This document shows positions 49,283-61,664 of a stretch of 64,000 nucleotides of DNA, piece after piece (position 1 is the first letter of the stretch; each line of letters opens with the position of its first letter). The stretch lies in contig NC_087256.1 of assembly GCF_037042905.1 (NCBI RefSeq), forward strand, positions 26,908,001 to 26,972,000. The letters run 5' to 3'. The DNA is from Lytechinus pictus. Taxonomy: Eukaryota. The notes under the pieces were generated by a model that worked only from the letters and a program-made list of their open reading frames with translations, was not told the origin of the DNA and did not search any database. Both the position numbers and the translations under genes were made by a program.

Positions 49283-49632
49283 TATAATACATAATAATCG
49301 GCTTTTATAAAGCGCGTAATACATCGGAACGACGTCTCTAAGCGCTTGACAGATATTATTACCCATGTCTTAAGATCCTGGCATGCCCGCACATAATGCA
49401 TGCACTCTCTCCACTCCAATGGGGAGCATTCCAACAAGAGTTCTAAGACCCGACTGCTAAGCATACTACGTAGGCTGTCGCATCTACCGGGTACCCATTT
49501 AACACCTGGGTGAAGAGTGGCAAAGTGTGGATTTTGACGTCTTGCCAAAGGACGCTAGGCCACGGTGTGATTCGAACACACGATCCTCTGATTACAAGGC
49601 GAGAGTCAGAACCGCTACATCACGACGTTTCC
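49283..49632 (-). mobile_element. tRNA-derived SINE (duplicate)
   Basis: Same sequence and context. Confidence 0.85.
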
Positions 49633-49806
49633 ATAATACAATATGACATTTGGAGATGCTTGCAGTATGGGTGGATAAAGTGTGGTTCCGGATGCTTTAG
49701 ACTCGCTATTGGTGCCAATAGCCGTCATATACACGATTTAGTCCCACTAAATGCAAGGCCATGCAGATTACCTTCACCGAAGCTCGCCCTCATTCTCTAG
49801 TTCTTA

Positions 49807-50485
49807 AAGGACGTGAAATAAAGGGAGTGCAGAAAATTGGAGGCCTGTGAAGACTCTATATCGAGAGTCAAAACTCTAGAATAAAACTCATTACAAATGG
49901 AATAAATATGAGAAACGCAAACGTAACAGTGTACGACAAAAACCCTTTTCTTTCCGCTGGGAAAGAAAATAGCCTACGCCTAGTGATTAGAGATATCCCC
50001 CTATCTGCACATGATACTTTGATAGCTGATGAACTTGATAAATTGAACTGTAAGATACTTGGTCCTATAATCTACCAGAGGCTAAGGGTGGATGGTCAAT
50101 TGACGGACTGCTTCACTGGTGACAGAGTTGTGTACATACAGTCGCCCCCAAACCCTTGCCCAGATTCATGAACTTTGGCCCCTTCAAAGGGAAGATATTT
50201 CACTTTGGCCAGATCCCATCTACCCCTTGATCTACTGTGGTGGGTTCAAGATGTCTGAGCGAAGGTCATCACCGCTCACTGTGTAGCAATCCTGTCGTTT
50301 GTCGTCGATGTAAACAGCCAGGCCATCTTCAAATGCAGTGCTCTTTTGATGCCACGCCCACCTCGCAGAGCAATACCTTTGATAGCCACGCCGAAGATCT
50401 TACGGCAGCCACAACCAGCCCAGCGGAACAAGCCATTGACCAGCTTGTAGCTTCGAAACGCCAAGCGAGTTCGCTCAAGCATTAA
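49807..50485 (+). pseudogene. Tx1/L1-type ORF1 remnant (duplicate)
   Basis: Identical to 43254-43932. Confidence 0.8.
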
Positions 50486-52507
50486 CAAAACTTTATTTTT
50501 TAATGGCATTTGAAAGATAGGACTTCGTAGCACCTATTAACACCAAAATTTTATAGACTTTTCAAATCTGTCCCGTTTTTTTTTATACGCACTGTAGTAG
50601 CGCGGAAATAGAAAGGATGTAAGCGTACGCATCTCGTATATAAAGTATTCAAAACCTCCGGTAAAACGTACCCCACTTCCATCCGCTTTCATGTGCTAGG
50701 CTTCCGATAAACATTCATTTAACATCCCCACTACATACTACCCACGTCCCTTTTTTCCGCTCTGTTTTCGCAAATTTTCGCCACCATTTATCTATTTCTA
50801 GAGCGGATAAAAACGGATGGAGCCACCCCCGAAATGTTGCTCGTCCGCTGTGTCCTTTGTGCAAACGTTTTGTGTCCGTCGGCCAGTGGGACCAGGATCT
50901 AATTCTCATATTGTTGGTTTCGAACGTGCTTCAGAGCTTTGTGTTCAAATTTCACGAAATATTGTCTTCATCAAAATGGACGTTTTCTTAAGATTTTGGT
51001 AGGTGCACGGGTCTCCAAAAAAATTCCCAAAGTCAAAGTGGTCCTCGAGTAAAAAAAGGTTGAGAAGCGCTGCCATACATAGGGGAATCATTGGGGTATC
51101 GCGTCGCATTCAATTTAGGGCCTACTGTTATACGTATGCACATGTAGGCTATTTTACGGGGGGGGGGGGCTAAGTAGTCAAGTTACGGTTACCTTGGCGA
51201 CAACTATAATTTTTGATATGATATTGTAAGATAATAATTTCAGGGTATTTGTAACATAATAAAGTTCATGTACGTCGTATGAATATAGGATAGTCGTATA
51301 AATAAACGTTTTGTATTGAATCAATAAACCTGATAAAACAGACATTCTGACGCGAACCCCCCCCCCCCCTATATCCGTACGGTAACCTTCTCATTTAAAA
51401 GGGTTGATTTACACTGTTAGAAAATTTATCCTTAAAATAAAAGAAGTTCCTGCAGCAGAGTCTCCAGAACACCTGTAATATTACCAGATTGCGTAATCTT
51501 ACAGGAAATTGGTATTTGGTGTATGTAACCTTACAAATTTTCTTTAATAAAACGCCCTTTTCCCCTTTTTAAACAGAACTGTTCTGTTAAATTGCAGAAA
51601 AATTCCTGTTTTAGGAATTTACACAGTGATTCTGTTACTGCTTTCTGCAAAATCTTTTTTTCTGCAAAATCAAGGTTTTTTTAAGTGTAGTTTGTAAAGT
51701 TATAAGTAGGCCTATCTATTGACCCTCTGTGGAGCTAATCTATGACGTTGTACATAAGCATTTATATAATTATATTGGGGGCCCTACATATGTAATTTGT
51801 CCAACTCAAACTTAATTGGAGGACTTTTGATTAGCCCCGATCAAAGAGTTCCAATTCGATATCACGACAATTAAAAGTTAAACTAATTGCTCATGGGGCG
51901 ATCACTTATCAAAGTTTTAAACGGGCGGCTGCGGGATGACTGTCATAATACAAAATTGCCTTGATCTATCAAACCGTACTTCAAATCCTGGGAGTGTTTC
52001 ACAAAAAAAGAGTCGCACTTAAAGGACAAGTCCACTCCGACAAAAAGTTTATTTGAATAAAAAGATAAAAATCCAACGAGATAAACACTGAAAATTTCAT
52101 CAAAATCGCATGTAAAATAAGAAAGTTATGACATTTTAAAGTTTCGCTTAATTTCACAAAACAGTTATGCACATCCTGGTTGGCTTGCAAATGAGGAGAC
52201 TGGTGACGTCATCCACTCACTATTTACTTTGTATTTTATTACATGAAATGTGAAATATTCTAATTTCCCCTCACTGTCAAGCGAAACAAAGATTAATTCC
52301 TCCCTGAACACATGGAATTATCATTACTCTAATACTATATGGTTTAGTCAAGTTGACCCTTATTGTCAAACCTGTAAAAATTAAATATTGTATAAGCCAA
52401 AAAAAAAAAAAAAAAAACAGTGAGTGAGGGACAGTTGTGCATACAACTGTTTTGTGGAAAATGGCATTAGCCGACATGGTCATTTGACGAAGTGGCACTA
52501 TCATAAC

Positions 52508-52744
52508 ATTTTATCCAAGAGCGATGTCTAAATGACTGACACTTCAACATGCATCGCATAGTTTTAGCTTCTCCGCTCTTCTTGCCATCAACTGCATAGG
52601 TGGATCCAGGGGGGGGGGGGGATCCACCTATGCTGGATCCCCCTGGATCCACCTATGCAGTTGATGGCGAGAAGAGCGGAGAAGCTAAAACTATGCGATG
52701 CATGTTGAAGTGTCAGTCATTTAGACATCGCTCTTGGATAAAAT
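52508..52744. repeat. ~105-bp inverted duplication (second copy)
   Basis: Duplicate of 45956-46189. Confidence 0.9.
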
Positions 52745-53340
52745 TAAAATGGCCGGTTTAGATTATGGTTCAAGGCGTTTTGAGCACTCATGGTTAAAAA
52801 AACCCTTTTTTCAACCAAGGATGTTTGATATGCCATTCAGTGTTTGACAGCAGCTATTAGGAGACAATTGGCCATTTTGCACGCACCCGTTTCTTTGGAG
52901 AGCCGAGGCACAAATATCCTATAAATATTTCATTATTTGAGCTAGATCGTTAATTCGCTCAAGGAAACTAGGACGCAGCCTACAGTGACAATTTCAAAAG
53001 CACTCAAGACAGTCTAAACACGAATCCACTCTTGTCAATTTTTCAAATTTGAAATAAAAGTTAACTTGAGGAGACGAAGTACTTTGTCATAATTGTAGGT
53101 TATCCTCGATGAGACACTCGAGCGTAACGGTGAAATCAACTGCAGATGAATATAAATAGCTTGGAGATTTTATATATTATATACATATATATATAAATGC
53201 TGCCATGTATATTGTTTTTTAAATGGTGCTTTAAGAGGTATTTTAACTTTGATTTGGAGGCTTGCATGCCATAGTATTTTGTGTTCTTTCTACTACTGTT
53301 CTCCAGAATATCACACTGCAGAAAACATATTGAACCGATT

Positions 53341-54456
53341 ATGGCAAATACAACTCTCTCTGATTTCCTAAATGTATCAATTGCCGTCACGCAAACCATA
53401 TACCCTACCACAGAAGCACAGGATATCACCAGCACTTCAGATTCAGGATTCGATTTCACGATGATTCCAAGTGCTTCATCGGAAAGAAGTGTCGTTCCCT
53501 TCCGCCATCGCGTAATTGTTGCATCCGTCTTGCTCGTATTCGCATTGGTCGGTCTTTTGGGCAACTCCCTCGTCATCATTTCAGTTATTGTTAGCAAAAA
53601 CCTACGGACGATCACCAATATTCTGGTCGTCAATCTCGCTTTCGCCGATATCTTGACGTGTTCCTTTATACCTTTCCAAAGTGTTGGTCTCCTAAGTCAG
53701 ACAGGAACTTACCCAGTGAACGAGGGGGTCTGCGCAACAGTGGCCGCAGTACTCTACATCAGCGTCTGCTGCAGTGCATACACTCTTGTAGCAATAGCAT
53801 TTATAAGGTGGTATGTCATCACCAAGTCTATCCGAGGACATCAAGGTCTTCATACTCCCAAGAGAATCATCGTCGTAGCTGTGATAATCTGGATGTTCTC
53901 GGTATCAGCCATGGTCCTACCTCCAGTGTTTGGTCTCGGGACACTCGGCTACTCCGAATATTACAGCACATGTTCTTTAAAAGGTGGGCAAACATCCACA
54001 ACTTATTACGTCTTACTTCAAGGAACCTTGGTAGCAGTTGCTCTACTGCTCACTCTTACACTTTACACCTTGCTTCTGAGTCACGTTCGTCGACACAATG
54101 ACCAATTTCGAAACAAGTACGCAACAGATGATGAGACCAAGTCCACGTCAGCAAGTACACGCGGAGGCCAAGCTTCTTCATCTGATTCTGGAGGTTCTCA
54201 TCCACCCATGATCAAGGCAATCAACCAAAAGGAAATCGAGATCACTAAGAATCTTTTCATGGTCGTTTGTGTTTTCATGTTCTGTTTCCTAGCCACTGTT
54301 GTTAATTTCGTTATCCCTGGTACTAGTGCAGTTACTCTGTACACTACTATGATACTGTTAGGGAACAGTGTGGCCAATCCGATCATCTATGGTTTGAAGC
54401 ATCCGAACTTTCAGGTGGTCTTCAAGAAAATCCTAAGCTGTCGATCTGTAGGATAG
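53341..54456 (+). CDS. Intronless class A GPCR, array copy 4 (371 aa, mosaic)
   Basis: Same motifs; NPIIY; intact ORF. Confidence 0.95.
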   Translation: MANTTLSDFLNVSIAVTQTIYPTTEAQDITSTSDSGFDFTMIPSASSERSVVPFRHRVIVASVLLVFALVGLLGNSLVIISVIVSKNLRTITNILVVNLAFADILTCSFIPFQSVGLLSQTGTYPVNEGVCATVAAVLYISVCCSAYTLVAIAFIRWYVITKSIRGHQGLHTPKRIIVVAVIIWMFSVSAMVLPPVFGLGTLGYSEYYSTCSLKGGQTSTTYYVLLQGTLVAVALLLTLTLYTLLLSHVRRHNDQFRNKYATDDETKSTSASTRGGQASSSDSGGSHPPMIKAINQKEIEITKNLFMVVCVFMFCFLATVVNFVIPGTSAVTLYTTMILLGNSVANPIIYGLKHPNFQVVFKKILSCRSVG

Positions 54457-54794
54457 ATTTGTCATAGAAACTAAATCATGGAAGGCTTTCTGTGACTGCT
54501 TGACATCTGTGACATCTGACTGAAACGCGTATAAAATATTTTTCATCATAAGTGACAAGAGCCGCAGGCCTAGTGTACGTTGCGCGTTATCTAGACAAAC
54601 TGACTACCTCGGTGTCAGCAAACGCAGTTTTAAACAAGGAACACGCCTCGATCGGTCCACTTGTATTCCTAGCAATGATAAATAGCGTACTCCAAACATC
54701 AACAAATCTGGTACGATTGATGATATCATATGAATTTTATTTTGAATTTGAATTTATTGATAAACTTTATTCACTTGACATGAACATTTTGTTT

Positions 54795-55469
54795 TATAAT
54801 ACATAATAATCGGCTTTTATCATAGCGCTTAATACATCGGAACGACGTCTCTAAGCGCTTTACAGATATTATTACCCCTGTCTTAAAATCCTGGCATGCC
54901 CGCACACAATGTATACACTCTCTCCACTCCCTGGGAAGCATTCCAACAAGAGTTCTAAGACTCGATTGCTAGGCATACTACATAGGCTGTCGCACAGTGG
55001 CGTACCTAGGATTTTCCAAGGGGGGGGGCGCAAATTTGTTGGAGGATATTTCGTCCTCGAAAAAATTTGACAAGCAAAAAAAAAAAAAGGTCTTCAACCA
55101 AAAATAAAGGATTTCTTACCCGAAAAAAAATTGACAAGCAAAAAGAAAAAAAAGGGTCTTCAGGTTCAAAAGAGGGGGCACACGTCTGTTTTTATTGCAT
55201 TTTTTACATTACAAATGGATCAGTTGTGACTCGTCAGGGGGGCAGGGGTACGTCCCCTGCATGAGTTATGACTCGTCAGGGGGGCAGTCTGCCACCCCCC
55301 CCCTTAGGTACGCTAGTGCTGTCGCATCTTACCGGGAACCCATTTAACAACCTGGGTGAAGAGTGGCAAAGTGTCGATTTTGACGTCTTGCCAAAGGACA
55401 CTAGGCCACGATGTGATTCGAACACACGACCCTCTGATTGCAAGGCGAGAGTCAGAACCGCTACACCAC
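54795..55469 (-). mobile_element. tRNA-derived SINE (diverged duplicate), interrupted by a MITE and clipped at its 5' end by the adjacent LINE
   Basis: Aligns with 20686-21025 apart from the 54995-55318 insert. Confidence 0.8.
54995..55318. mobile_element. hAT-like MITE
   Basis: CAGTGGCGTACCTAGG..CTTAGGTACGCTAGTG; perfect 8-bp TSD CTGTCGCA. The site is empty in the other three SINE copies. Confidence 0.88.
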
Positions 55470-55474
55470 AACAG

Positions 55475-57705
55475 AGTACGATATTATATGACCTGAATAT
55501 AATGCATCCATCATTAGAAAGTCTTTTTGTAGAAATAACCACATCTGAAAAAAAAATATTATTATTGGTACTGTTTATCGCCCTCCGGGATGTCCCCATT
55601 CTGACTTTAATACATCTTTACAAACCATATTGTCCTCTAACATTCTAAGAAATAAACACTGTTTTATTATGGGGGATTTTAACATAAACCTGCTCAATGC
55701 AGAAGAAAGCTCGCTCTGTCAGGATTTCTTAGACTGCATGTACTCACACTCCTACATCCCACTAATCAATAAACCAACCAGAATAACCAACACATCTGCT
55801 ACACTCATAGATAACATTTTCACTAATCTAGAAGGGCAATCAATGCACGTCAGGAATATTATTGTCAGACATAAGCGATCACTTCCCGGTTTTCTCACAT
55901 ATTTCTTTTCACGAACATGTTACCTCACAATACACAGCAGGATCTCGCAAAGCAACCCAAGAAAATATGAATAAATAAAAAAATAGTTTAGGACTTTTGG
56001 ACTGGTCTAATGTCTTGGAATGTCTAGATCCTCAAGAAGCTTTTGAGTTGTTCATGGATTATTTTATGGCCTTGTATAACAGAGATATACCTATCACACG
56101 CACCACTCACACTAAACAATATAAAAAGGCACCTCGTCAGCCTTGGATAACTAAATCTCTATTACGCTGTATTAACAGGAAAAACAGACTATTTTATAAA
56201 TATAAAGCAAATCCATCTATACACATTGAACATAAATACAAACGGTATAAAAACAGTCTTACTTGTACTTTACGACATGCTAAGGAAACGTATTTCTCCA
56301 ACCAATTTGAAAAAAATAAATTTGATATCAAAAGTACATGGAAAACAATCAATCGTGTGCTCAATAAAAACACTGATAAATCACACATTCATAAAATCAA
56401 TACACATGACACTATTATAACAGACGTAAATGAGATTGCTCAAAGCTTGAATGATTACTTTGTTAATATTGGTCCCAATCTTGCCAAAGATATCGAACCC
56501 TCAGAAAAAGTATTTTCCAGTTTTCTGGAAGATCCCAACCCCAAAACAATATTTTTTGCCCCAATACTAGAATTCGAGATCATAGACATTGTAAATAACT
56601 TAAACTCTCAAAAAAGCCCAGGTTTTGATGGAATCACGAATAAAATTCTAAAACACGTCATCTCAGAAATTGTGACACCAATAACACACATATTCAATCT
56701 ATCAATAACATGTGGCATCGTCCCCTCCCAAATGAAAAAATCCAAGGTCATACCTATATTTAAAAAAGGAGACACCCGAGAAATGGGCAACTATAGACCC
56801 ATATCATTATTGACTTCATTTTCAAAATTTTTAGAAAGAACTGTATATACTCGAACGATTAAATTCATTCATGAATGTAATATTCTCAACGGACACAGAC
56901 TTCACTCTTTACCAAAAACACTGACATCCATACATACCCTACAAGACAAGCTATTCAAAATCAATATCATCCCCCTCTGACTAGAACCACACTCGCACAA
57001 AAAACATCATTTACACAGGTCCCAAATACTGGAATGGTATTCACCAAAGCCTTAAACAAAATAGAAATATAAACACCTTCCAAAAAAAAAACACCTAAAA
57101 CTCTCATTCCTTAATGAGTACAACGTATAACACAACACATATGAACTGCTTTCTCTTTTCCACGATACTTGACTCTCGACCCTATTTCTCTTTCCCCTCC
57201 CCTTTTCCTTTTCTCTGCTGGACACATAACCGTTTTTTGTTTTTTGTTTTATTCCCCCCAGTTTTTATTCCCTTCTCCCCCTAATTTATGTAGTCACAGC
57301 CCCCCCCCCCTTTCCTTGTTATTCAAACCTATTTTGCCGTTCTTCATATAATATATCTTGACCATATTATGGTCAAGATTGTCCTACTTTACTTTTAATT
57401 ACATACGATTAAGATTACTACAAATTTATCCCAAGGGACTTACCATTACAAGCTTTGCTTTTTAATAAGTCCCTCATTTTTATTTTAACATGCTAACTGT
57501 AATCTATAATTTGTCTAATTATCAAAATGTGTTTGGAACAAAAAGAATTATATATACTTTGACTATTTCCTACGAATTTGTTAATTAATTATTGAAGTAT
57601 TCTTATGACACTTATTCTGTTATGTACATTCATACATATGTATATATGTTTGATATGTTTATTATCAGAAAATGGAAGTGAAATAAACTAAACTGAATCT
57701 GAACT
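55475..57705 (+). mobile_element. Second CR1/L2-group (Crack-like) LINE, 5'-truncated, RT core deleted
   Basis: ESLFVEI, IMGDFNINLL, KPTRITNTSATLIDNIF, PWITKS, KSPGFDGI, NYRPISLL. It then jumps near 56890 to the C-terminal HTYPTRQ region. 3' stem-loop 57434-57474 and an AATAAAC/TGAA tail. Confidence 0.9.
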
Positions 57706-57706
57706 A

Positions 57707-58010
57707 ATAGAGCGGATTCAAAAGAGAGCATTGCGTCTCATCTATCATGTCTATGGTGATCAGTATGTGACATACAAGAATGCTCTCCAACTATCCAAAC
57801 TTGACACTCTCTATCACCGACGGGATGTGCTCTGCCTGCATTTTGCCAAGTCTCTCCTTATCAAGTTTCATGACTTGCTACCTGAACTTTAGAGCACTCA
57901 CAGATCCCTGAGACACAGTGAAAAACTGAGAGAACCTAATTGCAGGTCTGTACAGTGTCGTAGTAGTGCCCTGCCATTTATCGTGAGACTCCTCAATAAG
58001 AATGGACTGT
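57707..58010 (+). pseudogene. C-terminal remnant of an old L2-like LINE ORF2
   Basis: Translates IERIQKRALRLIYHVYGDQYVTYKNALQLSKLDTLYHRRDVLCLHFAKSLL. Confidence 0.75.
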
Positions 58011-58854
58011 GTTCGGTCTGCTTAATACTAGACTTGAATGATCATAATGCATTATGATCTGAATATATACTGTACTTATATATTGTCATGTTTCAATCAC
58101 TCTTTTACTTCGTAATACTTCTTAATTAATTCTTGATTTTTTGTAATTTGTCTAGTCCTTAAACGAAATTGATATTTTCAGATAACATTTAATTCTGCTT
58201 TGCTTACTATAATTTACCACCAGTATATCTCCATGATTCAAATATATTATGTTTACACCAGTAAAAGTAACTATACTCTTCACTCTTTTCACCAGTACAA
58301 GGATTTGTTCATTATGTTATTACGTTTGTTTTAGATAACATGTTATGTAATCTGTATTGTTATAGGTCGATTCTTTGAAATTAATGATAAATGTAAATGT
58401 AAACAAAGGAACAGTATACCGGGTATATATAATACCACATGCGTTACCCGCGTTTTCATAAACTCATATCTTTTAACGTATACATCTTTTTATATTTTCA
58501 TCATTCAAAATACGTTTTGCCAAATTGTTTAATGTTTCTGTTGAACTGTTGAATATTTCAATTTTTTTATTAGACATAATATTGATTATACTTCAGTAGC
58601 CTACCCACGAGTCATTTTCCAGACATCCGATTTACATTCCAGTAAATATTTCATTTCAAAATTCCACAATGATATGTACTTTTAGTAGCATTTAATAATT
58701 GTTTTATTTGTTTTGTAATTATCTGTTATTGTTTTAACAATTTTGTGTCATTCGGGTAATTACCTTGTAAATACATCACTATTCGGCCTTAGAGCAATGA
58801 TGTCTTGATTTTCATTAACATAACATTTATCTGTCTTATCTATCTAAATCGGAT

Positions 58855-59095
58855 GGAGGCGCGATAGCTCAGTCGGTAGAGCGGGGGACTCGTATTCCGG
58901 TGACCCGGGTTCGACTCCCACTTGGTGCGCTAGTGCCCTTTGGTAAGGCATTAATCCTCAGTACCAGGTCCTCCGGAGAGGACCTTAAGCCGTCGGTCGT
59001 CTGGTTGCTTTCTTACAAGCATTCATGCTTTCTTAGCAATCAGGTAAAAAATCACCACCAATCACCACCAAATCTATTTATCTTTCTATCTATCT
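58855..59095 (+). mobile_element. tRNA-derived SINE (second family)
   Basis: A box TAGCTCAGTCGG and B box GGTTCGACTCC, followed by a non-tRNA body (GTGCCCTTTGGTAAGGCA..GGACCTTAAGCCG) and a (TATC)n tail. Confidence 0.8.
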
Positions 59096-59151
59096 ATATA
59101 CTCGAACATTATTATCATGTTATTATTTCTGAACGTCTGTTCGGGTACATG

Positions 59152-60214
59152 CAATGGCATAACTACGGGGGGGGCACTGGATGGGCACGTGCCCCCCCCC
59201 CCCCTCAATCGGCTGGCAAAAAAAAACGGGGCAAAAGGAGAAAAAGAAGGAGAAAGAAAGAGAAACGTAGTGAGAGAAGAAGAAATCATTATATATTCTA
59301 TTCTATTATATTATATTATATCATATTATGTTATAGGCATATTATGTTATATTATATCATATAAGAAATATTTATCATTACTTTATGAAAAAAAAATGAT
59401 TGAATGGTAGTTAAACATCTCGTTTTCAAGTCAATATACATCAAATATATTTCATCGCACTTCGAGTTTTAATTTTTTTCATGAAGTGACATATGCTTCT
59501 TTTTCATGAGTACTTAAAGTTATTGCCCCCTTTTAAGGTCTGAATATAATATGTTTCTAGTCCGTGCTTACGTTCGCATTAGTAGATTGGTGATACATAT
59601 CTGTTCTTCATGAGTTCCTAAAACAGTCCTTAAAATGCCCCCTTTTCTAGTCTGAATATCAAAAATTTTCAGCTCGCGCGCTTCGCGCTCGCATCATTTG
59701 GTTATTGAAATACGGACGTATGGTCTTAATGAATTCCCACAACCATGCCTCAAAATGCCCCTCTCCAGGTATGAATTTCAAAACTTTTCGGCTCGCGCTT
59801 CGCGCTCGCAATATTTCAATAAATAGTAAATACGTATCATGTACATGATTACAATGAATACAAAAAGTGTTTTATGGGTTTAGGTATAGTTCTAACCATG
59901 GACCTACGTCAGCAAGCGCTTGGCGCTCGCATTAGATGACTATGGTGAGATATGTATGCTCTTCATGAATTCCTAAGAAATAGTCCTTAAAATGTCACTG
60001 TTTTGGGTCAATATATACACAAATTCCTGCTCGTGCTTCGCGCTCGTATAGTTTGATCAATGAGATACATATTCTTTTAAGGGCACATTCCCTTAAAATT
60101 TTACTGTATCAAATAGGTCTGTTTACCTATTGAGCACGCTTCGCGCGCCCACTGAGTGACTAAATTTTCTGGTGGTGCCCCCCCCCCCATGCCGTGACCC
60201 ACGGTACGCCACTG
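59152..60214. mobile_element. hAT-like element, same family as 13441-14947 (shorter, more diverged)
   Basis: Colinear homology and the same right end CCCACGGTACGCCACTG. TSD not retained. Confidence 0.8.
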
Positions 60215-61664
60215 TGTGTGTGTATATTTCGTATACACATCAGATTTTCATCAGGAGTTAATACTGTTTGTATAAGGGCGAGTACAGCGTAGAATCTGCA
60301 ACTCCTGCAAGTATGCGATGTGCACATCGCTATCGGAGAAAATTATACATTTTAGATTATGTTTTACGGCGCATGAGACCTCACAGCAAACCGTTGAATG
60401 CCCATTTCGTGTTTGATAGCGGTTATCAACAGATAATTGGCTATTTTGGATGCATCGATCTGTTTCTATGGAGGGACGATAATACCTTATAAAATATTAC
60501 ACTGAGTTAATTCGTCGTTTCAATCGAGGCAAATAGCAAGGGCACATATTCAATTTTAAAGGGACTTGAATAAGGGCCATTTTACACGTGAATCTTGAAT
60601 CATCATAGTAATAATAATGATTGCAATTCGTCTTTAGAATCATCGGACCTTTCACACGCTCACTCAAAAACTGTGATTTGAATTAGAATTCCCGAGCGAA
60701 GGTGGTATATGTGTCCTTGGTGTACATTGCCGTTCATTTTTGCAATTTTGCACGGCGGGGACGATTCCCTTTCCATTCCATGAAATTCCGGGCATAATGT
60801 AAACAAAATGAAGGTTGATAACGCATATAAGGGCTACCCCTCTTCCAGAGATAAAAGTTACTTGTAGAATAATTTCAGCCAAAAACCCTCATCATAGTAA
60901 AACATTCGTCTGCGTTTTAACCAAGTCTACACAAAGCAAAGCACGGTTAATATTTTTCAGATTTTAAAGTATTTTTTAAATCAAATGATCATTTTGATGC
61001 CATAAAATTATTTTCAGGATCTCATACACACTTTGTAGGCATGTGAGAAGCATAAACCAACATTCACTCTGATCAATCTTAAAGTAACACATAACACAAA
61101 GTTTATATACTTCACATTGTTTAGCGTAATTTTTTTTTTCTGTTTTGTTTAGCGTAATTTTTATTTTCACAGATAGGTTTTAAGCAGCCAATCAAAATTT
61201 GGTATCAAAGTGACGTCATATGGGCTTTAAATTATGTTCAGTCGATTCTACGCCCAAAATCTACATGTTAAAGTAAAAATATAACACGGACAATAATTTT
61301 GGCGCACTTTCAACTCATTCTGGCCCACTGTGCGACGCCCGTAGGCCTATGCGCAGAACTCCGCTCTATCAACGCTCGAGTCACCGCTAAACCAACGCTC
61401 GCCACCGTTAAACCAATGCTAAAGCTACGCTGGCTTCAGCGGTGCACCGCTAAGGCAACGCCCATTTTTTCGATTTCCCCCCCCCCCCCCAATTTTGTGA
61501 GCGGTGACGAGCGTTGTCGAAATTCGACCCTCTCTCCCTACCGCTCCACGACCGCTCCAACAACTTTATATAATGCATTTGTTGTCGTGCTTTCTACTAG
61601 AGGAGTTCAGAAAATGTGCTGTGCGAGCCAATTAGCTTTGGAAGCTTGCCTGCTATAGCATTTC

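Larger units (their letters stand above)
39940..53100 (+). repeat. Near-perfect 6553-bp tandem duplication containing GPCR copies 2 and 3
   Basis: The ORF track repeats at +6553 (40173/46726, 43355/49908). By eye, differences are confined to homopolymer lengths. Confidence 0.93.

Noticed and set aside
58855-58935. tRNA gene
   Set aside because: A and B boxes are present, but it continues into a SINE body and simple-repeat tail, with no clean acceptor stem or terminator.
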